Part shown: one piece after another, positions 35,938 to 45,242 of the stretch | Numbering within the stretch: the stretch's first letter is position 1 | Layout of the letters: each line of letters opens with the position of its first letter | Assembly: GCA_965222025.1 (NCBI GenBank) | Contig: CBDCTI010000007.1 | Coordinates: 409,882-473,881 of the forward strand | DNA from: Dehalococcoidia bacterium | GTDB lineage: Bacteria > Chloroflexota > Dehalococcoidia > Lucifugimonadales > UBA3495 | Length of the DNA stretch: 64,000 nt | Direction: 5' to 3' | Program-made: the position numbers and the translations under genes | Notes under the pieces: model-generated | Told to the model about the DNA's origin: nothing | Database searches by the model: none | Seen by the model: the letters and a program-made list of their open reading frames with translations, nothing else

Positions 35938-36074
35938 GCGGTCGCCGGAAGCGCGGGGCTGGACGCGGATGCTGATGGTGGAGGCGTTGGAGCCGTCGAT
36001 GAGTCCCCCTTAGAGCGCGGACGGCGTCAAGTCGGTTATAGTATACGGTATATCAAGTTATCACCGGAGTTGTT

Positions 36075-36854
36075 TTGGACTACGCCAACGTCAAGCTTTC
36101 GAAAGAGGATGGAATTGCCACCATCCGCCTGAATCGCCCCGACGCCATGAACTCACTGGGCCGCGAATTGGTCACCGACCTGAAGTGCGCGCTGACGGAG
36201 GTCGCGGGTGACGAGTCGGTCAAGGCGATGGTACTGCGGGGCGAGGGCCGGTGCTTCTGTGCCGGGGCCGACCTGAAGTACTTTCAGGACGCATTCCAGA
36301 GCCCTGAGGCATTGCGGGACTACCTGGTTGAAATCAACGAAGCGATTTTCCAGGTCGAAGACATGCCCATACCGGTGATTGCCGTGGTGCACGGCTTCGC
36401 CCTGGCGGGCGGGCTGGAACTGATGATGGCCTGCGACATGGCGCTGGTGGCTGACAACGCGCGGATCGGGGACCAGCATGTCAACTTCGGCCTGATGCCG
36501 GGCGGCGGCTCAACCATAAGGCTGCCCCGTCTCGTCGGCCCGCAGAGGGCGATGGAGCTGCTGACCACCGGCCGCTGGCTGAGCGGCCCGGAGGCCGTGG
36601 AGTGGGGTCTGGCCCTGCGTTCCGCTCCGCTGGAAGAACTGGACGAAGAGCTGGAGAAGCTCGTGGACCCGCTTCGCGGCAAGAGCAGGCCGGGACTGGG
36701 CTGGATAAAGGAGGTCGCACACCGGGGGCGGGACCTGACCATTCGCGACGGTTCAGCCGTCGAGCAGATGGCCTTCGCTCAGTATGTTGCAACCTCGGGC
36801 CACCCGGCCGAGGGCGTGCAGGCGTTCGTCGAAAAGCGTACGCCGCAGTTCTGA
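36075..36854 (+). CDS. enoyl-CoA hydratase/isomerase family protein
   Basis: ORF track. IATIRLNRPDAMNSL...GEGRCFCAGADL...VHGFALAGG. Confidence 0.85.
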   Translation: MDYANVKLSKEDGIATIRLNRPDAMNSLGRELVTDLKCALTEVAGDESVKAMVLRGEGRCFCAGADLKYFQDAFQSPEALRDYLVEINEAIFQVEDMPIPVIAVVHGFALAGGLELMMACDMALVADNARIGDQHVNFGLMPGGGSTIRLPRLVGPQRAMELLTTGRWLSGPEAVEWGLALRSAPLEELDEELEKLVDPLRGKSRPGLGWIKEVAHRGRDLTIRDGSAVEQMAFAQYVATSGHPAEGVQAFVEKRTPQF

Positions 36855-36941
36855 CTGGGGGTCACTACGGGCTTGCCGCCGTAAACACAGTGCGAGTGGA
36901 TGGGGGTGAAGAGAAAAACACGGAGGAACAATTTACAGGTT

Positions 36942-37820
36942 TTGAAGATACGCGAAATGCTCCATAAGGGGCGCACCATATCCTTTGAATTCTTTCCGCC
37001 GAGGAATGCCGACGGTATTCCCGGCGTGCTGGACACAGTGGCGGAACTTACCGCTTACTGCCCGGACTTCGTCTCGGTGACCTACGGCGCGGGTGGCTCC
37101 ACCCGCCAGTTCACTGAGGAGATCACCGTGAAGGCGAAGGAGTCGTCGGGCGTGGAAGTGATGGCCCACCTGACCTGCGCAGGCCAGACCGTCGAGGAAC
37201 TGGACGGCGTGCTGCAGCGGTTGGATGAGGCGGGCATCGAGAATGTCATCGCGCTGCGGGGCGATCCGCCGCGAGGAGAAAACGAGTTCACTGTCACCGA
37301 GGACGGATTCAGCCACGCCTCCGAGCTGGTAAGCCACCTCAAGGCCAACTACGAGTTCGGCATCGGTGCCGCCTGCTATCCGGAAGGTCACACCGAGGCG
37401 GTGAGTCTTGAACAGGACCTTGAGTACGCCAAGTTGAAGGTGGACAACGGGGCCGAATTCCTGATTACACAGCTCTTCTTCGACAACGACGACTACTTCG
37501 ACTTCGCCGATCGGGCCCTTGCCGCGGGAATTGATGTGCCGGTGGTGCCGGGCGTGCTGCCGGTACTCAGCGGGCCGCAGATCCGCCGCTTCACCGCACT
37601 GTGCGGCTCCAGGATTCCGGCGGACCTGGACGCAGAGCTGGACCGCCTGGGTGAGGACGACGAAAGCGTCCGCGAGCTTGGGATCGAGTATGCCGCGAAG
37701 CAGGTGGAAAGATTGTGGGAGGCGGGCGTGCCAGGCGTCCACTTCTACGTGCTGAACCGCAGCTACTCAGTTTCCAGAATTCTCGACCGGCTGGGCATCC
37801 CTGGACACATCCCGGATTAG
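36942..37820 (+). CDS. metF: 5,10-methylenetetrahydrofolate reductase
   Basis: ORF 36900..37820. The start is likely TTG 36942 (MKIREMLHKGRTISFEFFPPRN) or ATG 36957. Contains the FVSVTYGAGGSTR motif. Confidence 0.85.
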   Translation: MKIREMLHKGRTISFEFFPPRNADGIPGVLDTVAELTAYCPDFVSVTYGAGGSTRQFTEEITVKAKESSGVEVMAHLTCAGQTVEELDGVLQRLDEAGIENVIALRGDPPRGENEFTVTEDGFSHASELVSHLKANYEFGIGAACYPEGHTEAVSLEQDLEYAKLKVDNGAEFLITQLFFDNDDYFDFADRALAAGIDVPVVPGVLPVLSGPQIRRFTALCGSRIPADLDAELDRLGEDDESVRELGIEYAAKQVERLWEAGVPGVHFYVLNRSYSVSRILDRLGIPGHIPD

Positions 37821-37888
37821 CTCGGGCGGCAAAAATCCCGGCAGTATCCGTTCCGAACGGAAAGCGTGAGTAGAAGGGATCTCCGGCC

Positions 37889-38263
37889 ATGCTCTCCACG
37901 GGCGTCGACATCATTGAGATAAACCGGATAGCCGCTGTGCTTGAGCGCTACGGCGAACGGTTCCTGTGTCGTATCTACACGCCGGGCGAGCTGGAATACT
38001 GCCGTGGCCGCCCCTCCAAGCTGGCATCCCGCTTCGCGGCCAAGGAGGCGACGATGAAGGCGCTGGGCACCGGCGTTCGGGGAGTGAGCTGGAAGGACAT
38101 CGAGGTGACCCGCGCTCCCAGCGGTGCCCCAAGCATCCTGCTGCACGGGCGCGCCAAGAGTCGTGCGGAACGGTTGGGGGTGATGGAGATCTCGGTCAGC
38201 ATGTCGGACTCGCAGGACAACGCCGTGGCCTTCGTGGTGACGCGGCGCGAAGAGTCGAGGTAG
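37889..38263 (+). CDS. acpS: holo-[acyl-carrier-protein] synthase
   Basis: ORF track. GVDIIEINRI...RFAAKEATMKALGTG. Confidence 0.9.
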   Translation: MLSTGVDIIEINRIAAVLERYGERFLCRIYTPGELEYCRGRPSKLASRFAAKEATMKALGTGVRGVSWKDIEVTRAPSGAPSILLHGRAKSRAERLGVMEISVSMSDSQDNAVAFVVTRREESR

Positions 38264-38278
38264 GCGCATGAAAGCATA

Positions 38279-38668
38279 ATGAAAGAACCGGGATCCCAAG
38301 TGCCGGAAGTCCTGACAGACCGAGGACTCGGATGGCAGGCAACCGGATTCACCCTGACGGGAATTATCTGCCTTGCGATTCTCTGGACCTATGACAGTAG
38401 CGAATTCTGGTTGTACCGGTGGTTCGAAACAGCAGCCGTAGACTTGTACTGGTCATTTGTGTTGCCTTTGGCGGTGCTGTTCGACGGAGGTAGAAGATTG
38501 TTCGAAAAAGGCAAGGCCATTCGTGAAGCGCAGAAAGCCCGAATGGTGGAGAGGGCGCGTCGCCAAGAACAGGAGCGCATTAAAAGGGTGCTGGAAAAGC
38601 ATGGCGTGAGCCTTTCTCCCGAGGTCGTTGAGGCAGTATTCCGAGGCCCCGACGGGGACGGTTCCTGA
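38279..38668 (+). CDS. hypothetical membrane protein
   Basis: ORF track. Two hydrophobic segments followed by a basic helical tail. AT-richer than the flanking acpS and nnr genes. Confidence 0.4.
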   Translation: MKEPGSQVPEVLTDRGLGWQATGFTLTGIICLAILWTYDSSEFWLYRWFETAAVDLYWSFVLPLAVLFDGGRRLFEKGKAIREAQKARMVERARRQEQERIKRVLEKHGVSLSPEVVEAVFRGPDGDGS

Positions 38669-38676
38669 CCAGAAGC

Positions 38677-40245
38677 GTGAAAGTCGTAACCGCGGCGCAG
38701 ATGGTGGCTATTGAGCAGGGTTCGGAGCGTGCCGGGGTCAGCACCGACACGTTGATGGAGAACGCCGGCTTGGCGGTGGCGCGGGCAGCGCGAGAGGAAC
38801 TGGGAGGCGCAGCCGGGGCCCGCATCGTCGTACTGGTTGGGCCGGGGAACAACGGCGCCGACGGCTTGGTGTCGGCAAGACACTTGCGACGCTGGGGTGC
38901 GGAGGTGGTGTGCTGCCTTGTGACGGGGCGGCCTGAAATAGACCCAAAGCTGTATTCGGCCATCGAGCACGGTGTCGAAATCGTACAGAGCCCGGATGGC
39001 AACGCACTTCGGCAGCTGTTGGGACGTTCGCAATTAGTCGTCGACGCAGTGCTGGGCACTGGGCGTTCAAGGCCGTTGGGCGGACCGGTGCTGGAAGCGA
39101 TGCAGACGTTGCAGCAAGTCCGGCTGTCGTCACCGCGCCCTCTTATCCTGGCGCTGGACCTCCCCACGGGACTCAATGCTGACACCGGGGAGGTTGAACC
39201 GGCGTGCCCCTCATTTGATTTGACGCTGGCGCTGGGCTATCCGAAGGCCGGGCTGCTCGCATTTCCTGGTGCGGAACGGGCTGGTCGACTGCGGGTATTG
39301 AACATTGGGGTACCGCCAAAGCTGCCGGAGGAACAGTCGGTTGAGGTCGAGATGCTCACTCCGGAGTGGGTGGCGTCACGACTGCCCAAGCGTCCGCTCA
39401 ACTCTCACAAAGGCACCTACGGACATGCGCTGGTCATCGCAGGTTCGCGGCACTACGTGGGCGCAGCGTGGCTTGCGTCGCAGGCTTCCGTCCGTACGGG
39501 TGCGGGGCTGACGACGCTAGCCAGTCCCGAGGGAGTTTACCCCATCGCGGCGGCGAAGGGCGCCGAGGCCATCCACCTGCCGCTGCCCGAGGACCTAGAC
39601 GGGCGGATTGATGCATCGGCCGCGGACATCATCGGGGGGTCGGAGTGGCGGTTCTCGGCGGTTCTGGTGGGCTGCGGCATGGGCTGGTCGGAAGGGACGA
39701 CGGAGTTCCTTGGAAATCTTATTGGAGAGACAAGGGGAAGCTTGGCGGGTCTGCCGCTGCTGATCGATGCCGACGGGTTGAACAATCTTTCCTGCATCGA
39801 CGGATGGCACAGGCTGATTGATTCTCCGCTGGTGCTGACGCCACACCCCGGAGAAATGTCGACGCTAACAGGTATTCCCGTTGGACACATACAGTCCGAC
39901 CGCGTGGCCGTCGCGCGTGAGTGGGCTGAGCGATGGGGCGCCATGGTGGTGCTGAAGGGGGCACATACGGTCATCGGAAGCCCCGGCGAGCCGGTGCGGA
40001 TCGCCCCGTTTGCCAATCCGGGACTCGCAACCGGCGGCACCGGCGACGTGCTTAGCGGCGTCATCGTGTCGCTGCTGGCGCAGGGCCTGTTGCCCGCCGA
40101 GGCGGCTTCTGTGGGGGTGTGCCTGCATGCTGCTGCGGGAGCGGCTGTGACTGATCGAATCGGCGTTGCGGGCCTGGCTGCATCGGACCTGCTGGACCAA
40201 CTGCCTGTCGCCATCGCCTCGATGCGCCGTGCTACACTTGGTTAG
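38677..40245 (+). CDS. nnr: bifunctional NAD(P)H-hydrate epimerase / ADP-dependent dehydratase
   Basis: ORF track. The N-terminal YjeF_N region contains GPGNNGADG. The C-terminal carbohydrate-kinase region contains GGTGDVLSG. Sits next to acpS. Confidence 0.85.
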   Translation: MKVVTAAQMVAIEQGSERAGVSTDTLMENAGLAVARAAREELGGAAGARIVVLVGPGNNGADGLVSARHLRRWGAEVVCCLVTGRPEIDPKLYSAIEHGVEIVQSPDGNALRQLLGRSQLVVDAVLGTGRSRPLGGPVLEAMQTLQQVRLSSPRPLILALDLPTGLNADTGEVEPACPSFDLTLALGYPKAGLLAFPGAERAGRLRVLNIGVPPKLPEEQSVEVEMLTPEWVASRLPKRPLNSHKGTYGHALVIAGSRHYVGAAWLASQASVRTGAGLTTLASPEGVYPIAAAKGAEAIHLPLPEDLDGRIDASAADIIGGSEWRFSAVLVGCGMGWSEGTTEFLGNLIGETRGSLAGLPLLIDADGLNNLSCIDGWHRLIDSPLVLTPHPGEMSTLTGIPVGHIQSDRVAVAREWAERWGAMVVLKGAHTVIGSPGEPVRIAPFANPGLATGGTGDVLSGVIVSLLAQGLLPAEAASVGVCLHAAAGAAVTDRIGVAGLAASDLLDQLPVAIASMRRATLG

Positions 40246-40247
40246 TC

Positions 40248-41174
40248 ATGGCCATTGAAGTGTTCATAGAAGCCATTGCCGACGAGTCGGAGCCGCTCTC
40301 CGACGCGCCGTTTCACGAGGCCTCCGACCCGTCGTCGGACGAGGTGGCCGAGTTCGCTCGTGCCTGCGTCGACATGGACGAGGGACGCCGGAGGGAAGTG
40401 ATATCGGCTCTGGTGGAGCAGGCTGAGGATAACCTGGAGCTGGACTTCACCGCCATCTTCCGCCAGTGCCTGAAGGACGATGACGACTGGCTGGCGCAAC
40501 TGGGTATCGAGGGCCTCTGGGAGCAGGAGGAACGCTGGCTGATCACAGAGCTGGTGGAGTTGCTGCATTCCGAACGGGGGCCGCAGGTACGCGCGGCGGC
40601 GGCGCTGGCCATGGGCAAATTCCCGCTATTGGCCCAAGAGGGCAAAGTGCACTCGCAGGACGGTGAGCTGGTCTACAGAGTGCTGATGGACTTCCTGGAA
40701 GACGATATCGAGGACCTGGAGGTACGGAGGCGCTGTCTTGAGGCGGTCGCCCCCTTCAACACGGAGGAGGTCCAGGACTATATCCAGTGGGCGTACGACA
40801 ATGAAGACCAGGACCTGCGGTCCAGTTCTGTATACGCCATGGGCCGGACGGGTAATACGGCCTGGCTGCCCACGCTGCTGAGAGAGCTTGAGAGCCACGA
40901 TCCCGCGGTTCGCTACGAAACGGCCCACGCCTGCGGAGAGCTGGGAGAGCAGGAAGCCACGCCGGCGTTGGTCGAGCTGCTGGCGGATGACGACCCGGAG
41001 GTCCGCATGGCGGCGATTGCGTCATTGGGCAAAGTCGGCGGCGCGCTGGCCCGGCGGGCCCTGCTCGACTGCGAACGCGACGGAGACGCGGCGATGTCGG
41101 AGGCGGCCCACGCCGAACTGGAGAACCTGCAGTTCCTCGACGACCCGATGCGACTTTTGCCGGGAGACACCTAG
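40248..41174 (+). CDS. HEAT-repeat (PBS-lyase-type) protein
   Basis: ORF track. Reiterated DPxVRxxAAxALG units (DPAVRYETAHACGELG, DPEVRMAAIASLGKVG). Confidence 0.65.
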   Translation: MAIEVFIEAIADESEPLSDAPFHEASDPSSDEVAEFARACVDMDEGRRREVISALVEQAEDNLELDFTAIFRQCLKDDDDWLAQLGIEGLWEQEERWLITELVELLHSERGPQVRAAAALAMGKFPLLAQEGKVHSQDGELVYRVLMDFLEDDIEDLEVRRRCLEAVAPFNTEEVQDYIQWAYDNEDQDLRSSSVYAMGRTGNTAWLPTLLRELESHDPAVRYETAHACGELGEQEATPALVELLADDDPEVRMAAIASLGKVGGALARRALLDCERDGDAAMSEAAHAELENLQFLDDPMRLLPGDT

Positions 41175-41188
41175 GCCGGAGGGTGTGA

Positions 41189-41623
41189 GTGCCTCCGCTG
41201 ACCGAATCGCAGGCGCACTATCTGGCCGACGCCAGGGTGGGGCGCTTGGCCACGTCGGATGCGGCTGGCCGGCCCCATGTCATCCCGGTGTGCTTCGTCT
41301 ACGACGGAAGGGCAATTTACATCGTTCTCGACCAGAAGCCAAAGACCGTAGAGCTAACTCGATTGCGCCGGGTTCGCAATATTCTCGACAACCCGCAGGC
41401 TGCGCTGGTGGTCGACCACTGGGACGAAGACTGGCTGGCCCTGCGCTACGTGCTCGTTTCGTGTCGCGCCGACTTGCTCAACGGGGTAGAGGAAGAGGCG
41501 GCGCGGGCAGTCTCCTTGCTGCGGGAGAAGTACCGGCAGTACCGCGAAATGGACCTGGACGGCAACCCCGTTATCAAGCTCACCCCGCAGCGCTTCACCG
41601 CCTGGAGCTTCAGCGGAGAGTAG
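41189..41623 (+). CDS. PPOX-class (pyridoxamine 5'-phosphate oxidase-like) probable F420-dependent enzyme
   Basis: ORF track. ARVGRLATSDAAGRPHVIPVCF...DHWDEDW. Confidence 0.65.
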   Translation: MPPLTESQAHYLADARVGRLATSDAAGRPHVIPVCFVYDGRAIYIVLDQKPKTVELTRLRRVRNILDNPQAALVVDHWDEDWLALRYVLVSCRADLLNGVEEEAARAVSLLREKYRQYREMDLDGNPVIKLTPQRFTAWSFSGE

Positions 41624-41721
41624 ACCTGCTTTTGATTTCCGGCCATGAAGGGCCGTGACTTGCAATCCCCCCAAGGCGCAGGACTGGTTTGGATTCATTT
41701 GCTGCGATACTCCCCAACCAT

Positions 41722-41799
41722 TAACGGATTGAGACGAACCGTCCTTCTAACGGATTGAGACGAACCGTCCTTCTAACGGATTGAGACGAACCGTCCTTC
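41722..41799. repeat. perfect 26-bp x 3 tandem repeat TAACGGATTGAGACGAACCGTCCTTC
   Basis: Seen directly at 41722, 41748 and 41774. Intergenic, about 140 nt upstream of the TPP-enzyme gene. Confidence 0.9.
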
Positions 41800-41938
41800 G
41801 ACAGACGCAGGACTGGTGGTCTCCGTGCTTCAGCGGCTATGCCCTGGTACTGCCCTGATGAGGTTTTTCTTGACACGTTTTGGGGCGCTCCATAGACTTG
41901 CCCTCAGTTTGATTTCTGGGTACTGGAGAGGCTGACAC

Positions 41939-43576
41939 ATGGACGGAGTTACTGCTATTGCAAATATTCTGCGGATGGAAGGCGTGGAGTTCATTGGATG
42001 CGTGCCGTACCAGCCGCTGCTGGAGGCGGCGGCCATCGCCGGAATCCGCCCGCTGATCTTCCGGCAGGAGATCACGGGGGTCCACATGGTGGACGGATAC
42101 TCGAGGGCGACCAACGGCAAGAAGATTGGTGTCTTCATGATGCAGAACGGGCCGGGCGCGGAGAACGGCTTCGGCGGCGTAGCCCAGGCGTACTCAGAGT
42201 CGGTGCCCATCCTGCTGTTGCCCGCCGGGATGGCTCGTGACAAGCGTGGCGTGCATCCCAACTTCTACCCCACCCGCAGCTACGAGACCATCACCAAGTG
42301 GTCCGAGGAACTAAACATGGTGGAGCGAATTCCGTCCCTGATGCGACGGGCCTTCACCAAGCTGCGCAGCGGGCGCCCTGGACCGGTGCTGCTGGAGATT
42401 CCCGCGGATGTAGCCACCGCCGAGCTCCCCGAGGAGCTCTTTGACTACGAGTCTCCGCGTGCGGTGCTGCAGCAGGCCGACCCGCGGGACGTGAGCCGTG
42501 CGGCCGCCGCATTGCTTGCCGCCGAGCGTCCGGTCATCCAGGCCGGTCAGGGCGTGCTGTACGCCGAGGCCACCGACGAGCTGGTGGAACTGGCCGAGTT
42601 CCTGCAGGCTCCAGTGATGACCACGCTTCCGGGCAAGAGCGCCTTCCCAGAGAACCACCCGCTGGCCCTGGGTGCCGGCGGTCCCAGCACGACGGCCATG
42701 GTCAACAAGTACCTGCATGGGGCCGATATGGTGTTCGGTGTGGGAGCCAGCCTGACCAAGACAAACTTCGCCGTATCCATCGCTGACAACAAGACATTCG
42801 TCCACCTCACCAACGACGAGGACGCCATCGGGCGCGAGTACAAGTGCAACTACCCGCTGCTGGGCGACGCCAAGCTGGTGCTGCGGCAGCTGCTGGACGA
42901 GCTGAAAGACCGCGCCGGCAGCTCCCGCCCGGTAAACCACGCGCTCCAGGCGGACATCCGGTCTGTCAAGGAAGCGTGGCTGGCCCAGTGGATGCCAAAG
43001 CTCACGTCCAACGAGAAGCCCATGAACCCATACAGGGTGGTCTGGGACCTGATGCATACAGTTGACCTGGACAACACAATGGTCACCCACGAATCAGGTA
43101 GCGCGCGCGAATACATGTCACCCTTCTGGGAAGCGCGAAAGCCCCGCAGCTTCATCGGTTGGGGCAAGTCGACGCAGCTGGGGTACAGCCTGGGCTTGGC
43201 GATGGGCGCGAAGATGGCCCAACCCGACAAGCAGGTCATCAACGTGATGGGCGACCTGGCGTTCAGCACCGTGGGCCTGGATGTGGAGACGGCTGTGCGC
43301 TGCGACATCCCGATCCTGACGGTGATAATCAACAACTCCTACATGTCGATCTACGACGACAGCCGGTTCCCGGTGGCGATCCAGAAGTACCAGGTCAAGA
43401 CCTTGGGTGGGCAGTTCGCAGAGGTGGCCGCGGCCATGGGCGCCTACGCTGAGAAGATCCTTGAGCCGGACGAGATTGTTCCCGCCATCAAGCGGGGACT
43501 CACGGCCACCGCGTCGGGCGAGCCGGCGGTGCTGGAGTTCATCACCCGCGACGAGGGCGAGTTCTCAAAGTACTGA
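41939..43576 (+). CDS. thiamine-pyrophosphate-dependent enzyme (acetolactate-synthase-like family)
   Basis: ORF track. GVHMVDGYSRATNGK...NGPGAENGFGG at the N-terminus, and GDLAF...NNS in the C-terminal TPP-binding region. Confidence 0.75.
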   Translation: MDGVTAIANILRMEGVEFIGCVPYQPLLEAAAIAGIRPLIFRQEITGVHMVDGYSRATNGKKIGVFMMQNGPGAENGFGGVAQAYSESVPILLLPAGMARDKRGVHPNFYPTRSYETITKWSEELNMVERIPSLMRRAFTKLRSGRPGPVLLEIPADVATAELPEELFDYESPRAVLQQADPRDVSRAAAALLAAERPVIQAGQGVLYAEATDELVELAEFLQAPVMTTLPGKSAFPENHPLALGAGGPSTTAMVNKYLHGADMVFGVGASLTKTNFAVSIADNKTFVHLTNDEDAIGREYKCNYPLLGDAKLVLRQLLDELKDRAGSSRPVNHALQADIRSVKEAWLAQWMPKLTSNEKPMNPYRVVWDLMHTVDLDNTMVTHESGSAREYMSPFWEARKPRSFIGWGKSTQLGYSLGLAMGAKMAQPDKQVINVMGDLAFSTVGLDVETAVRCDIPILTVIINNSYMSIYDDSRFPVAIQKYQVKTLGGQFAEVAAAMGAYAEKILEPDEIVPAIKRGLTATASGEPAVLEFITRDEGEFSKY

Positions 43577-43607
43577 TCTAACCCCAAGGCATAGATTTCT
43601 TTGAGGT

Positions 43608-43641
43608 GGGGGCGCACTGCTGTGTGCCCCCATTTTCTTTT
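43608..43641 (+). terminator. intrinsic terminator
   Basis: GGGGGCGCAC-TGCT-GTGTGCCCCC followed by ATTTTCTTTT. Same hairpin family as 874 and 14186. Confidence 0.75.
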
Positions 43642-43754
43642 GGATTCCCGCTCTTCTGATGTGGGGACGGTAATTTTTGATGACAGTTGCCCATTGCGCC
43701 AGGCTGCACTCATACGTTGAAATGTCCTCAGCAATGTTGAAAGGGAAGGAACGC

Positions 43755-44489
43755 ATGGCAGCGGTAAGTACAGAGGAAGGGACCGAGCGCCGGAACGGCT
43801 GGGGGCCGACGGTGCGGGAGATGCCCAGCGAAGAGAGGCCGAGGGAGCGACTGGCGACTTTCGGGCCCCGCCACCTGAGCAATACCGAGCTGATCGCCAT
43901 ACTGCTGCGGGCCGGTTCGGCAGGGGACAACGTGATCGCCCAATCCTCACGGCTGCTGTCGCAGTTCGACGGGCTGCGGGGTCTGGGCAAGGCGAGTTAC
44001 ACCGAGTTGTGCGGCGTGAAGGGCATCAGCGAGGCGAAAGCCTGCCAGGTCCTGGCGTCGCTGGAATTGGGACGTCGGTTCGTGTCGCTGGCCCCCGAGG
44101 AGAGGGCGTCCGTCAACTGCCCCGAGGATGTGGTCAACCTGCTGTCGGCCGAGATGTCTGCCCTGGAGCAGGAGCACCTGCGAGTACTGTTACTGAACAC
44201 GCGGAACGAGGTGATGGGGATCGAGGAGATCTACATTGGAAACGTGAACAGCTCGGTGGTTCGGCCTGCCGAGGTGTTCCGTCCTGCAATCCGCGGGAAC
44301 GCGACATCGATCCTGGCAGTCCACAACCATCCGTCGGGCGACCCGACGCCCAGTGGTGCCGACGTGTCGATCACACGAGACCTGGTGCAGGCCGGAACGC
44401 TACTGGGCATGGAACTGCTGGACCACCTTGTCATCGGCAGCGGCCAGCGCTACGTAAGCATGAAGGAAGCGCGGCTGGGGTTCGGCTGA
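43755..44489 (+). CDS. radC: RadC-family (JAB-domain) protein
   Basis: ORF 43677..44489, trimmed to ATG 43755. PRERLATFGPRHLSNTELIAILLRAGS...AVHNHPSGDPTPSGADVSIT. Confidence 0.85.
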   Translation: MAAVSTEEGTERRNGWGPTVREMPSEERPRERLATFGPRHLSNTELIAILLRAGSAGDNVIAQSSRLLSQFDGLRGLGKASYTELCGVKGISEAKACQVLASLELGRRFVSLAPEERASVNCPEDVVNLLSAEMSALEQEHLRVLLLNTRNEVMGIEEIYIGNVNSSVVRPAEVFRPAIRGNATSILAVHNHPSGDPTPSGADVSITRDLVQAGTLLGMELLDHLVIGSGQRYVSMKEARLGFG

Positions 44490-44620
44490 CACGCCGCCGC
44501 CCGACTCCTCCAAGGATTTACCCGGAGAATATCTGCTCATCCTGAGCTTGTCGAAGGATGAACGTCCCCTTGGGACTTGGTCAAGAGGAGCGGGATTCCG
44601 AGACCGGTTGGTTTTCCGGG

Positions 44621-45178
44621 TTACTGCTGCTGGGCGAGCCAGCGATCGTTGGCCTCGGTGAAGGCCCGCATGGCGCCTTCCACGCTGTAGGGGGTCTCGG
44701 GTGCGGATTCGTCGGCCCACTCACTGCGGGGCTGAGCGAAGAAGTCGCCGCCGTAGATGTGAATGGCGCCGGTGTACATCTGCCGGGGGTTGTGGACGGC
44801 ATGTATGGCGTCCCGCCCCAGGTTGATGGCGTCCTGCGACTGCAGCTCACGAAAGCCGGCGCGCTCCAGACCGTCGCCTTCGCGGTTCCGCCGGAAGAAG
44901 GTGTTGTCCTCCTGCCCGCCGTAGAGGCCGATAACCGCCCAGAGCTGGTGGTCGTGGGGGTAAATGGCCATTCCCGGAGGCCAGATGACGTTGATGATGG
45001 TCAACTCGTCTGAGCGGTGCAGCGTGGTGATGCCGCCGTCCTCCGGTGTTCCCAAAGCCGCCTCGATCTCGCCGGGGCGGGCGATGGTGGAACTGAGAAG
45101 CTCCTTCACTGCAAGCTCGGGCGTGTGTTCCTGCAAGGCACTGCGACAGGATGCTACGAATTCTTCTACTTCGAACAT
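44621..45178 (-). CDS. hypothetical cupin-fold (cysteine-dioxygenase-like) metalloprotein
   Basis: ORF track. The IYPHDHQLWAVIGLYGG and HAVHNP His clusters suggest a double-stranded beta-helix metal site. Confidence 0.4.
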   Translation of the reverse strand: MFEVEEFVASCRSALQEHTPELAVKELLSSTIARPGEIEAALGTPEDGGITTLHRSDELTIINVIWPPGMAIYPHDHQLWAVIGLYGGQEDNTFFRRNREGDGLERAGFRELQSQDAINLGRDAIHAVHNPRQMYTGAIHIYGGDFFAQPRSEWADESAPETPYSVEGAMRAFTEANDRWLAQQQ

Positions 45179-45242
45179 GGTTGTAATTCCTCACGGCCTC
45201 CGGAGTCAGGGCACGCGGCTGTTCTCCCCGTCATGGGGGACT

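Noticed and set aside
36855-36941. Possible SAM or other riboswitch in the metF leader, and a ZTP/purine-type element in the purL leader (8290-8413)
   Set aside because: I could not match the conserved cores of the riboswitch classes I know. This would need a covariance-model scan to exclude properly.
41722-41799. Possible CRISPR array
   Set aside because: The repeats are directly adjacent with no spacers, there are only 3 units, and no cas genes lie nearby.
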